This document shows positions 23,546 to 36,864 of a DNA stretch of 64,000 nucleotides, one piece after another (positions within the stretch are counted from its first letter, which is position 1; each line of letters begins with the position of its first letter). The DNA comes from Bugula neritina (lineage: Eukaryota; Animalia; Bryozoa), in contig OZ037767.1 of the NCBI GenBank assembly GCA_964035545.1, forward strand, positions 26,056,628 through 26,120,627, read 5' to 3'. The notes beneath the pieces are model-generated. The model saw nothing but the letters and a program-made list of their open reading frames with translations. It was not told the DNA's origin and made no database searches. The position numbers were made by a program, and so were the translations under genes.

Positions 23546-26500
23546 CTAATTTCACTTGTCCTGAATCACAGTCATAGAACCTCTCAATAAGAGAGACAAT
23601 GGTGGATTTACCCCCTCCTGAAGGCCCAACCAGAGCTACTACTTTGCCAGGTTGAATACACAAGGAGACACCCTGGAATATAATACTGCAAGTGTATCGT
23701 ATAACATACAGTAGTTTTTTTAATAATATTGTTATAATAGTTCAGTGAGTAATCAGCACCAGTCTTATCTTCAGTTTCACATTAGGAGTTGTGTGCTCTT
23801 GTTACAAATCTATTTACAGCAAAAGATATAACAGCGATAAATAAAAATGCCATTACAAATGGTTACATGTATAGCAAGGAGAAATACCTTTGGTAAAATA
23901 GATAACAACTAGTAGAAAATAAGTAGATATATGAAATATTTACATGTTAACATGTTAAGTAGTAAATTCAAAACAAGTTATTAGATGGTGACTACTCTCT
24001 ATGCTACTAGTTGTTAGTAGTCACTACTAGCCACTATTACTTGCTACTAGTAACTACTAGTCGCTACTAGTTACTAATAGTTACTAATGGTTGCAACTAG
24101 TTACTGCTAGCTCTACATTATCACCAGCAGACTTTGACTAGCGTAATGCACACAATAAACGTAAGATATTAGGTTGAGCTGAATAAACTCACCTTAAGTA
24201 CTTGATAATCGAGTCTTGATGGATAAGTAAAGAACACATCTTCAAACTCTATCACTAAAAGATACACAGAAAAATAGCATTACGTTATAATCTATATATA
24301 CTATCTTTTATATTACAATTTATATAATTTATTGTATATATTACAATTTATATTTTATATATCATAGTCTAAAATCTAAATATACTATTTTTTATATATT
24401 ACAATCTACACTTTATATTGTATAAAGTCAATTTACAAAGAAAAATATTTCTTTAAGATAATCTTTGTCCTAAAAGTCATGAAAATGGCAAGAACAGCCC
24501 ATTAGAAACCCTGTTTGTATGATAAATACATGTAAAATGCAGATCGTATTACTAACGGGGAGAGAAGTTGCTTGGTTCAACACAGTTTTCTTTGTCTGCC
24601 ACCATCTTGGGCTCCATGTCGAAGATGGTGAACATCCGTTCTGATGCACCGACTGCCTGCAACACAACAAAAACTGATCTCTTTACGTCTCGGAGTGAAA
24701 ACAGAGATCTAAGATTCTACTTTATTATATGTGATTTGTGAGTTACATTCATCTGTCTCAGTAAGCCGACATCATTATTTTGTCATCAATGTGCCGTGTT
24801 TTGCTATGAGTGACATCCTATACTCTACTTTATTAATTTCATGAAAAAGCAGAGCATATTTTGCTATCCATTATTTATCCACTAGGATTATGAAACAACC
24901 CGAAATGTAAAAATACAGAAATGAGGATTAGAAATAAGTCATTACACGGCTTGATTCAAACAAATAAAGGTCACAGAGATCTGTACCTAAAGTGATAAGT
25001 TCACACAGACATGTTTTAGATGAAGCAGACACATGACCTCTTTAAAGGGCAAAGTTCACTTTGTCAGCGAGCTAGATAATACCTGCATGAACTCGCCGTA
25101 GAGGGTGGATATAACAGCGAGGAAAGCTGCAATCTGAACTGTGTAGACAAGGAATGAGGTGAGGATACCCACAGAGAGATGCCCTTCAAACACCAACTTT
25201 CCTCCATACCACATGGCAAGACAAATGGCACCAAATGCAGATATGCTGAGCCAGCCATTAAATAAACCTACAATATATTGTATTTCAACACATTATATTT
25301 CAACACATTGTATTTCAACACATTGTATTTCAACACATTACATTTCAACACATTGTATTTCAACACATTGTATTTCAACACATTATATTTCAACACATTG
25401 CATTTCAACACATTGCATTTCAACACATTGCATTTCAACACATTGCATTTCAACACATTGCATTTCAACACATTGCATTTCAACACAATGTATTTCAACA
25501 CATTGTAAATCAGACACTAGCATATGACAGCTGAAGATAAATAATATTTCAACAATTACAGCACAAACTATAAGCCTTCAAGCCACTACTCTGTGTTGAT
25601 AAAAATTGAAAAAAATGTTCTCAACAAATTTTACATTTTCATTGCATTGCAATTCAAGTATAAACTTTTCGCTTTCAAGTAACTTTAGCACACAAGACAA
25701 GACAAAAGAGCAGATAACTCCAGCTTGAGCCTAACAAATATTGCAAACAGAACAGAGGTTGGTGCGAGTCATCATGACTAACCTGTGAAAAAAGCAATAT
25801 TCTTAGCCACGGCGTAGCTCTTCATGATCTCATTCTGATAATCAGAGACAACTTTCTTCTCCCCGTTAAAGGCTCTAACGGTTCTCATGCTAGAAATACA
25901 CTCCTCAGCTACAGTGCCAGCGTCTGCTAGTTTATCTTGAAAGTCTTTTCGCATTCTTTTCATATAATTACCTTAAATCATATCATTTCTTTGCAAATGA
26001 GCATAAGAAATTTAATGAATGGTAAAACAGAGTTAAATAAGCGAAGTTATGAGATACAAGTACTACAGCATAATAGTTGAGACATCATTGCTCGCTAATA
26101 GTTAAGTTGATCTTCTTTTACTTAATAGAAAATAAAAGTGCAAAAGAAATAGAAAAAATATTTCATATATTTGATTTTAGCTAAGAATGCAGTAAAAACT
26201 TCTTCACAACGATGAGAAAAAGTGAACACAAGCAAAGTGTTACTTTCATAACATGTCGTTTCCAAAATTTCTTAATTTTTCAGTGGTAAGGGCACAGAGT
26301 GAAGTTTACTACTAAAATCAGGTTTAAAAGAATAAAACTCTGTGCAAGTAAGCTTGTAACCAATTGCTTTTTGCGAACATAAAACATCGAAAATTACAGC
26401 TACGAGTAGATATAAAGAAAAGTGAAAATTCAGTATTGCACAACTTTTTTCTTCTTTAGCTATGCAATTTGTTGTTACATATATTACTTAATTTTAGCTG

Positions 26501-29500
26501 AATTTTTGTCTTTAAAAAGGAGACAACTTCGATTAAAATCAAAATACATTAGTGTAGGAATCTGGTAAATAGCATATAACACTGTACTAGATTACTAGAG
26601 TGGACCAATGAGAAAGGGAAATGGAATTAGTTGTATAGTAGACAATACTGACCATACTGCACTGCGCTGAGAGATATAACTGGAACTACAGACAAGAGAA
26701 TACCAGTCAAGGCAGGATTCAGCACCAACATGACCACCAGGGAGCCAGTAATTCCAATTAGATTCCTGAGCAACATAGATACGTTCACCTGCAGTTATAG
26801 ACATCCATGTGTGAGCAGCTCATAGAACAAAAGACAAAACAATAAAAGTAGCAACGATGAGCATAGATTTAGGATTTTCAGTGGTATATTTTTTCAGCCA
26901 TAACAAGGGATAGGTACAAACTAGCCGACAGTACATTATCTGACAATACAATACCTGACAGCACATTACTTTACAGTACATTACCTGACAGTACATTACC
27001 TGACAGTACATTACTTTACAGCACATTACTATAGTATAACAGAAGACTTACAGTAATAGCACTCTGGATGACTTGTGTGTCAGAGGAAAGTCTGTTGGTC
27101 AACTCTCCAGTCCTGTGAATGTAACAAAACATCAAAATACCGCAGAAAAGAGAAATAGTGAGACAACATGCTAGTAGAAAGTGTGTTATTTGTTCACAGA
27201 CTGAAGAATACTCATAGCTGTTTAAAGTTTCACCCTTAAATAAAATCAGTAGCCGTTTTACTTGAACATGCCACACACATTACGAGACATAATTAGTGTT
27301 GGTATTACCTGGTAACATCAAAGAACTCAATGTCTTGCTGAGTGATGAATGTAAAGAGCTGCACACGTATCCTAGCAACAAGACGCTGACCGGCCAACTC
27401 AAACACCCAGGCTCTGAAGAAACCAGCCACTCCGTACACACAGTAGATGAGGAAAAGAATGATTATGGTTTTGTTTAGGGCGGCTGAAACAGTATAGAGT
27501 TGACATGTATTAATTAAAACACACCACTATACTATGATGAATGTATGTCACACAGAACTAGCATTAGCTGAGCAGTCCACATACTGAGAAATTGTCAGAA
27601 AATTGCATGCACAAATATAATATCAACTCACCCATAGAAGTCTGAGCGGCATCCACAACTTGACCAAAAAAGTAGGGGGCTACTATACCCGCCCCACTTG
27701 TTAGCATTAGGCAGAAGCACCCAGCACCAATCAAAGGCAGTTCCTATCAAATAACAACATAATATCAGCAATACGCCCTTCAAAGTTAAGATATAGGGAA
27801 TGGTTAAGTGTATAAGCCAAAGAAGTGATTTAAACATGTATATAACTGAGCAAAGTAAACGGAGTGTTGTTGAGAGAGTATAACTCCTACAATGTATGTA
27901 TTACATTTTTGCTGACTTATTCAGCTATGGTATTGCATATCTAATAGACTCAGGCATGATATTACAATATATACTGTATAGTAATAATAGCCATACCGGT
28001 TTGGCAAGTGTCATCAGGCGACGCAAATTGGCACCAGTTTTAATCGGATTCCCTTCAGAGTCCAACTCCACATTGTCCTGGTTCACAATATGCTTCTCAG
28101 CTCTACTGGCTATTGCAGGGTGCCGTATAAACAGTACCGTAACCAGCAGTAACTCTATCACAGCCAAAGGCACTGAGGCTATGACGCTAGCATAATATGT
28201 GGGTGGCAGAACAGTGCCCTTAGAATGTGACTCCAGCACTAAAGAACCCTGGTAACAGATAACTAGCAATAAATCACATGATCCAACACTAAGCAACATT
28301 TACGAAGCTGACTTTATGAATGAACATTGAACACAGCATATTATTGTCTACAAGAGTGTGAATTGTACGTTATTTATATTGGGGAAGCTCAACAGTGACG
28401 GTTTTCAACAAAGCATATATTTCGACTTCAACCGGATTGGCAACAGGATTTGGTGGAATGCCCTCCATGACATCACTGATGACCTTGATGGAGTTTGACT
28501 AAACAACTAGTTCCTTGAGCCAAGCACACTAAGCAGGTATTTTCACCAACTCAACGGCAAAATAATTAATTACGCATGCATGCGTTATTACAATAAGTAG
28601 CAGCTAATGTAAGTTATTTGGAGACGACAGCCTGAATTGTACACAAGAGACAAATATGAGAGCAATAAGTGAGCTTTTGATCTGAAACTGACAGCACATA
28701 GAGTAACACTCACCTTAACGATTGTAAATATAGTAATTGCTAGTGCAGTAATTAGAGCTGGTAGAAGCAGACGACGATCTGGAGTTATCTTCCTAACCAA
28801 ATTATTTAAAGCCTTTCTCTCACTTTCATAAGAAAATAGGAAAATAATTAGCCATTTACATGCTGATATGATGAAAAGATCAAATACTGAAGCAGTGAGA
28901 GTGTAGTTTGTGACACTCAGGTATCTATCATGTGCCGATCCACCTACAAAATTAACAACAATTTGAAAATGGCAGGTAAATATAAAAAGGTTCGCTCTGA
29001 AAGTTCAGAGTATGCACAAGTTTCCGAACTGCCTCCAAAAAACTACAGGGTAACGTAATGCTGATAAAAGGGTATTCTTGGAAATAGTTAACATAACAGC
29101 TCATCAGTACTGTATGTAGCAGCAAAGAGATGAACAAAATTTGTTTCAACTAGGATTTATAAAACACGATTGAAATTCATACTATAACCGGTCATTGTTT
29201 AGTTGCAAGAAGCCAACCAACAATTTGTGAATGTTGACACCAATGTGTGTGGTACAACAAGCTAACAATAACCAAAAGTTAGCCTACTTTTAAGTTTATA
29301 AAACCAGCTTACAAATCAAACTGAAACCTATAGAATGATCTTGATATACAAGAGTTTACCTAAAAGCCATAGCACCCCAGTGGCAATGATATCACAAATA
29401 AGAACTATGTTGTTGAGAGTTGTGAGGCGGAGAAAGGGAAGTGTGTAGTAGACACGGCAACCTTTAAACCATTCTTGATCTTCCAAACATTTGCTGTCAC

Positions 29501-29564
29501 TATTGGCGAGGAGTTGTGCTTCCTCCTCTGTGAGCTCAGCACGATTTATAGGCATTGCCGGCAT
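23546..29564 (-). CDS. ABCB-family half transporter (TAPL/ABCB9-like, with TMD0), 3'-truncated after Walker A, copy A
   Basis: Exons 29564-29360, 28943-28714, 28248-27997, 27743-27632, 27483-27309, 27112-27052, 26788-26653, 25971-25783, 25267-25083, 24656-24557, 24254-24193, 23672-23546 (1834 nt, ~611 open codons). Motifs: TMD0 [11 protein letters not shown]; [13 protein letters not shown]; [24 protein letters not shown]; [14 protein letters not shown]; [10 protein letters not shown]; [13 protein letters not shown]; Walker [10 protein letters not shown]. No Q-loop, LSGGQ or Walker B exon was found. Confidence 0.9.
24002..24111. repeat. Degenerate 10-bp tandem repeat (ttactactag-like)
   Basis: About 11 degenerate units in an ABC intron; also at +34141. 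Confidence 0.7.
25274..25506. repeat. 15-bp minisatellite (tttcaacacattgYa) x~15
   Basis: Tandem units abutting the acceptor of ABC exon 9; source of the ISTHC pseudo-ORF. Confidence 0.97.
26927..27030. repeat. 15-bp minisatellite (cagtacattacctga) x~7
   Basis: Tandem degenerate units in ABC intron 6; also at +34141. Confidence 0.85.
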
Positions 29565-29727
29565 GACCTGTTTAAAAATATACAACAAACAAACTTTAAT
29601 GTATTACACTAATTAAAGCTCAAAATGTGTAACTAAATTAGTAAACTTATTATATATAACACATTCTCGATGCTTTTATGAAATACTATAAAATCTAAAT
29701 TTATAAAATAAACTTTATTGGCTTTAA

Positions 29728-29731
29728 TTAT

Positions 29732-29812
<81 letters not shown>
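29728..29812. repeat. (TA)n microsatellite
   Basis: Directly visible; copy at 63869-63953. Confidence 0.98.
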
Positions 29813-29815
<3 letters not shown>

Positions 29816-30479
29816 CAATGAACAGAAGCCAAAATACATAGAAACAAGATTTACTTAACTAAAGAGAAAACCTGAGTTGCACCTTGATATAGATATAAAT
29901 ATAGCTATAGTATGTCAACAGTTTCACTCATTCAATATGAATATATCAAAGACGACATGTCTTGTATTTATATAAATATATGACCAAGTACTGGCTTAAA
30001 ATACATATCACAATCACTCTGATTGTTATTAGTACTAATAGTATTAGCATAGATATAACTAAAAGAATGAATGTCATTTATTCTATAAAGATGACCCAAT
30101 ATTTTATCATTATTATTCCCATCATCATTGTGGTATTGTTCCCTGTGAGTGTGCAATCAAAAAACTAAAAGTAAAATTCAAACACTAACTCTTGGGCAGT
30201 AAATGTAAGTGTAACTACAAGGCTAACATTTAATTAGTAATACTAATACTAATAGTAATAGTAATTAGGTTTAATTTATTTACAATATATTTTAGGCATT
30301 TGGTGCTATTTTTTGAGTTTAATAAAAATAAATAAATCTATAATATTTTTCTATCAATAATTTTAAATTTATTGCTTAAAGTTGACGTAAAACTGTGAGT
30401 TGAAGTCAGACTTAATTGAATCATTTTGATTATCACATTCATCAATATCTATCACTCAATGACTCATCAGTACCTTAAT

Positions 30480-31690
30480 AATACTAACATTAACAATGCG
30501 TAATTCGATCACAATGGCTATGAGTATCATCAGTATGAGTGAATGATAATCCCTGTGGGCTATCACTATCCGTGTGAGTATGACTATGACACTCACTATG
30601 AGCATCACAGTCACACACAGAGCTCACTATGAGTATCACATTTAGCATCAGCTTAAATATACTAGCTTTAAGTACCAGTTATAAGACTTGGCTGATCACG
30701 CTTTACAGTTTGAGTTTTATTTATATTTTTTTACAGTTTGAGTCTGTCGATACCTGTCGAATATTTTTTCACACTAAACCACCCTGTTGGGTAGAAGGGG
30801 TGTGCCGCATTTTTAATCATGGCTTACATGTATGTACCCGTGGTTTTTAAAGATATATTTAAAAAAGTAATGTACAGTGGATGCAAATCACGCCTGCTTA
30901 GCCTCTCTGTGGCAAGAGTGCAGTAAGGGACTGCGCTTTGGTTGCTGTAGTTGATCCAATGTTCAAATTTCTAATTGGTAGAAAACTATTGTAATACTAA
31001 TATTTATTTTGGTTGGCACTGTCTGGGCGAGTGTTAGTGTCACTAGTAATACCATAGTTAATGTTATAGTATCACTATCAATATTATTATGATTATGACT
31101 ATCACTATGAGTATGATAAATGATTGAGAAGTATAATTGTAAAACTAAGTGTTGGTGTAAGTCAGTAGTCACTAACTTTAAGTTTAAGTCAAGAGTATAA
31201 CATTGTGATTAACTACAACTTAAATTATTATCAAAATCATCATATTCATTCATTACGTATTCTTATTCTATAAGATTAGCCTTACAAGTACTAGTAGCAC
31301 GTAACTTACTAACTACGTTTATTAAGGTCTAAGCCCTAAGTATAAGAGTAAGAGCAAGTCACGACTGCATGACTAAGACAGTAAGTGTAACTGTAAGACT
31401 AAGGCTTAGAATAAATCTAACTCAGTAACTATAAGTTAGTAGCTGTAAGTCGTAAGTGTAACACTAACTTAAACTGTAACTCTTACTCTTAGTAACTGTA
31501 AGTGTAACGCTAACGCCCTAGGCCTATGGCTATACTAATACTGATAGTGATACTCATAGTCATACTCTATTACTATACTGAGTATTATACTCTATGACTA
31601 TAGACATACTCATAGTTATAGTAACACTAACTGTAACTGTAAGTTACTAAGTATAAGCATTTGTTGAGCATAAGACAAAGTGTGATACTG
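30480..31690. repeat. Cryptic degenerate hexamer tracts (gagtat/cactat/taactg/taagtg-like)
   Basis: 6-bp periodicity visible at ~30510-30660, 31030-31200 and 31320-31690. Confidence 0.6.
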
Positions 31691-34600
31691 ATATATAATT
31701 TTTATATTAACGTTGCTATATTTATATCTTAAGTTGCACAAATTGAAGAGTTTAATCGATTATTGATTGGCATATTCATATTGATATTCAACTGGTTACA
31801 TAATTGAAGTTACATAGCGATTGCGATGATCATGCGCAAAATTGAATTATTTTATAAGCAGCGTTGAATTGGGGGTGAATGAGTGCAATAGTTCAAGGTT
31901 CTCGGGTTGAGTGTTAGAAATCCCCTCTTCTGAACTTGATCTCAAAGTATTGCACCTAGTCATCCCCAATTTGAAGCCGCTTATAGAACAATTCTACACC
32001 ATTACCTGGGCTTTGTCTAGTTTGAATTCACAACTAAAAGTTTTGATAAATACGGGGAGCGTTTTATGTCCCGTTTGCAAATTAAAAAAAGACATATTTT
32101 TGAACATTTTTTCGAGTCCATTTACATGATTTTAAACTTTGGCAGCTAAAATCAATCACTATAATATTATAAAAATAGAAGCATTTTTAAATAATGCATA
32201 ATTATTTATTTTAAATAGCAATTGCTACAATTATGCATTCCGTAGTCATATCTTATTAATAATTTTCGATGCTGGTTACAATAGCGAAAATTAATCGAGA
32301 GGACAACTCTAAGTAAATAAATGATATTGGTTGTAATTCTATGCTATGTTTTTAAGAAAACATGTCAAATTTACAGTTGATAGGCTAAAATTATTTTATA
32401 AGAAAAACATATAAGTACTTGTAAAATAATAATTATAACTTGACACTTGTAAAGCATCAATTGACTCATTGTTCAAAATTGCAACTCTTGAAAGATATAA
32501 TATAAGTAGGCTAAAATGTTAACCAACTGAATGCATTAATTACTTTTCATCAAGAGACTGTACTACATAACATTTGAAAAAATATTAGCAGGCTATGGCT
32601 AAATGTTTTTAATCTTTGCAAACTAAATTATTTTACCCACTTGTTTCTTTGATTATAAAAAATAGCATCACTTATTATGTTGTGAAGAAATTAAATACCT
32701 TTAAATGCTACTTGATTGTGTTTTAGAGGTTTTTCTCACAAAGAAGTTGATATATGTTTAGCTTACTGAAATCAAAGAAGCTAATACTTTGCCTTGAATT
32801 GCTTTCCTTGTAAAAACAATAGCCAAAAGCAAATTACTAAACGTGTGGAGAATGGGGAAAACAAGCGTACTAGCTCATGCACTTAAGTATGCTCAAATTT
32901 GCAACAATAATAAAAAGCTATGTTTTATGTAAATACTTTGAAAATTTTACAAAAAATATTCTCAAGCAGCAATTAGAAGCAGTAAAATAAACTGAAGATT
33001 CATATTAGTATGACTGTTCACTTTGCAAGCACTTTGTCTGTGATGGTCAATAATACCAACGACCACATTAGTGTGCTGATTCTGTTACATTCTAATGAAA
33101 GACAGCAGACAAAATAACTTCTAATTTACAGGTGCAAATATAGAAAAGTATGTAAAACAACAAAAGTAAAAATATAGAAAAGTACATAAAGCAATACAGG
33201 TAAAGGTATATACATAAGCTGTTACACAAGATGCAAGCATTAGTAGCTGCTTGCCAAGATATAAAACGTTTACCACATTTAGGAGTACAAATAAATTATT
33301 TGAGTAACAAAATAACATCAATAAATGTGTAATAGTGTGTAGCAGACTTTGAATTAAAGGTTTACATGCAGTGTATAATTTTTATTAGCCTTTCATGTAT
33401 AATATTTATGTAATTTTATAAATTGAGTAGAACTTGATCACCGTTGTCATTGCTTTTACAAGAAATATTGAAAAATAGATCAAATTAACTTTAGTCAATC
33501 ACAAACTCTTAATTTAAAATAGTATTGTTAAAAAGTGCATATAGTCATGAAAACAATTACTATTTTTAAAATTATATGTTTTCAATGCAAACAACTTCAA
33601 TGAAAATGTCCAATGCTTACAAACACCAAGAAGCCAAATTTATATATAATATACGTCAGTAGTATATAATTATATTATTTATTTTGACATGTTTAAACCT
33701 AGCTATAAATTTTATTCATGCAGTATTTTATCCATACCTGTAGCACATAGCAGTTTCTAACAACTCTCATTGTATTCAACAACAAATTGTGTACTACTAG
33801 AACATCAATAAGTTATAATACATAAACAGATCTAAGAACTGTTTTTATCATAAAACATATAGCATATGCACTGTGGATCTTGGGCGATACAATATAATTT
33901 TATACAATCTACAGCTGACAGAAATAGATAATATGTTTGATTTTGGAAACTTTAAGATCACTGAATGGATGGTCTTGGAGAATTTCTAAGGCCATTCTTT
34001 TCTGTTTCTTTGCAACAGCCAATCATGGAACACAAATGATCTGATGCAGTAATCTTTATTCAAGGAACTGTACCATATCTCAGTTTATCTAAGGGGGCTC
34101 TATGGGCCACCACAATCAACGGGATATCCTGAACATTCTGTCATCTTTTCTAGCCTAAGTTCTTCAACAAATATAAAGAACGAGGAGTTCCAACCTGTGT
34201 ACGCGTTTCCAACTTGCATGCCTCTACATTCCATTGTGTTGTATGTAATAGACCTTGTTCCTGGTAGCACATCATGGCAGATGCCACTTACTAAAAACAT
34301 ACAGGTGCATGCAGGTGGTTTATATTTCAATGTGCAAGCAAGCAAGCAATAAGAATCAAGTTGCAGCACAGATCATGGTATGCTGCATACCATTTTGTGA
34401 ACAATTGCATGTGTATAGCTTAAAATAAAATATTGTAATAACTTTCCATGCTTTTTATCATGCAGTTTTCCAAGCTATTTTACATTTACTATGTTAACTA
34501 ATGCTACTATACTATGTGTTAATTTGGCATTTAAAATCATATTTAACTCATCCTTCTTGGATGATGAAATATAGCAGCACAATAATTTTTGTTTTACAGT

Positions 34601-36400
34601 AATTATCGTACCTTGCATAGGGTGATGATAAACGTTGGCATAGTTTATATAACTTTGACCTGATATTTCACCTGGTGATGAGCAAGGAGAACCATCTATT
34701 TCAAAATACCTGTCAAAAGTATTCATTGACATTTCATTTCATAATCTCAATAAAATAATTGGGAATTAGCGTTGTAAGCATTTAAAAGTTTAAATTATAT
34801 TCATTCATGTTAGTTGATGAGGGTCTAGCCAGTTTTATGCCTAGCATTTATAGAACATTTACATAATCTGTCTTTAGTCTGGAAAAGGCGTGAACGTTTA
34901 ACAGACATAAAAAGAGACTAACCCTAATGTATTTAGCTATGAAATACACTAACAATTGCAGCTGATGTCATGGAAAATTTATTTCCAATATTTATTTTCA
35001 GCTTCGTTTGACAGAGTCAACTTATAAATTCTGAAGAACTATATTTATTGTAGTAAATCGCTTTTTCTAATTGAAATTATTGCAAACAACTTCATGAAAA
35101 TATTTCATTATCGGTAAAATAAATCAGCTAATCAACCAATTAATTGTTAAGAACATAATAATTGTACAGATTTTAATTAATTAAACTAAAAGAATTTGCC
35201 AAACTTTGATTGAAATTAAGCCAAAGTTGAGTAAATTTAACTGCGCATAAATAAGCTAAAGAGAAATGTGAAAAAGAAATGTGAAAGAGAAACGTGAAAG
35301 AGAAATGTGAAATAGAAATGTGAAAGAGAAATATAAACTTCTTGTAAGACAATAACAGATATGTGTTGAGTGACATGCTTAAGCCAACAGTATGAACTAT
35401 GACTGGGTATATTATAGAGACATACCACTTGACACAGCAATTTCCTGAGCCAGATCCAGCAGACTTGTGAGCACCTGTTGAGGTGAGTCGAAGCGCTGTA
35501 TCAGCAAACTGCTTGTCATAGCTCACTGTCACGATAGTGCCATCATCCGTGTCATCATTTAATGAAGGCCAATAATAACTTTGCAAGTGACCAACCAAGC
35601 TTCTGTAGATTTGCTGTTGACTGCCATAAACTAAAACATGATAATTTATAATTGTAGTAACTTCCTTTTGTGTTATGTTAAACTGATGCTGGTATAAAAA
35701 CTTGCAGGCATTCTACACTCAAGTCATAATTGAATTTTGTACTTCTAATTAGCAAGTCTGCAATTTCTATTTACTAAAATAGATCAATTCTTTTTAGTTT
35801 GAAAAGCATAATCTGTGTACTGTTTGTTCTGGCTAAAATTCTCAAGCGTTGGAAAACCGGGAGTTGGTTTTCAAAAGAATTATTGCTATTTGTGCAAATC
35901 TTGCATAGCTCTATCACTGTGATTTCTAACAACTGGCAATATATAATGCGTGTATGTATTTATATAAATGAATAGCACTTAAAGGCTCTTAATGTATTCA
36001 TTTATGTGAAATATATATAAATACATGCAGGAGATATAATGCAGATATTTAGTTGATAATAATAATTTCCTACTTGTACGAAGCACAAGATAAAGTAAGG
36101 AACAAAAGACACATAGTAGTCGTCTTACCAGCATCCACTCTTTGCTGAGATCTTACTTCTTCTATATGTATTCTAGAAGGGGAGTTGAAACCACCCGTAA
36201 CAAAATGGGTTGGTTCACTGTTATCATCTATGCATTTGCCCAAGTATATTTCTACACTGTAGACACCAGATGGCAGTTGGTTCTCACAAATGCCTTCAAC
36301 TGAACACCATATGGGTTAATATCACTCAAAGTGTACACAGTAACAGAGTGTACACAGTAACAGAGTGTATGTATGCTGAGTGAAAAAAGGTGTATGCAGC

Positions 36401-36610
36401 AGCAAAGTGTATACAGTGGGTAGCAAAGTGTATACAGCAGGTAGCAAAGTGTATACAGTGGGTAGCAAAGTGTATACAGCAGGTAGCAAAGTGTATACAG
36501 TAGGTAGCAAAGTGTATACAGCAGGTAGCAAAGTGTATACAGTAGGTAGCAAAGTGTATACAGCAGGTAGCAAAGTGTATACAGTAGGTAGCAAAGTGTA
36601 TACAGTAGGT
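36401..36610. repeat. 21-bp minisatellite x10, copy B
   Basis: Identical to 3452..3661. Confidence 0.97.
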
Positions 36611-36864
36611 AACAAAGCAAATCAGCAATCATTCAAATATTTCCTTGGTCAGTGCAAATGCAATTTTAATCATATAGGAAAAGGTAAAGCAATAGGTTTA
36701 TATTTGCACCAATAAATATGCCTAAATTTACAATATTGTTTACTATAACTGGTTGTTGAAAATGATGAGTTTGGTAAACACTGCCCTGCATTAAATCTGT
36801 TTAACTTCATATGATTCTGAACAGAAAAAAAACAAAGAGGCACTTAAATAATACCTGTACGAAC

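Noticed and set aside
25159-25527. ISTHC / KCNVL / FNTLH repeat ORFs
   Set aside because: 15-bp minisatellite within an ABC intron.
31911-32129. 72-aa + strand ORF with CPVC
   Set aside because: Non-ATG start, no recognisable family, and no supporting neighbouring exons.
29860-33251. Treating this segment as a unique spacer or the duplication junction
   Set aside because: It appears once only because the window ends. Both flanks continue the periodic alignment, and gene structure points to a junction near 23 kb instead; this cannot be settled without flanking sequence.
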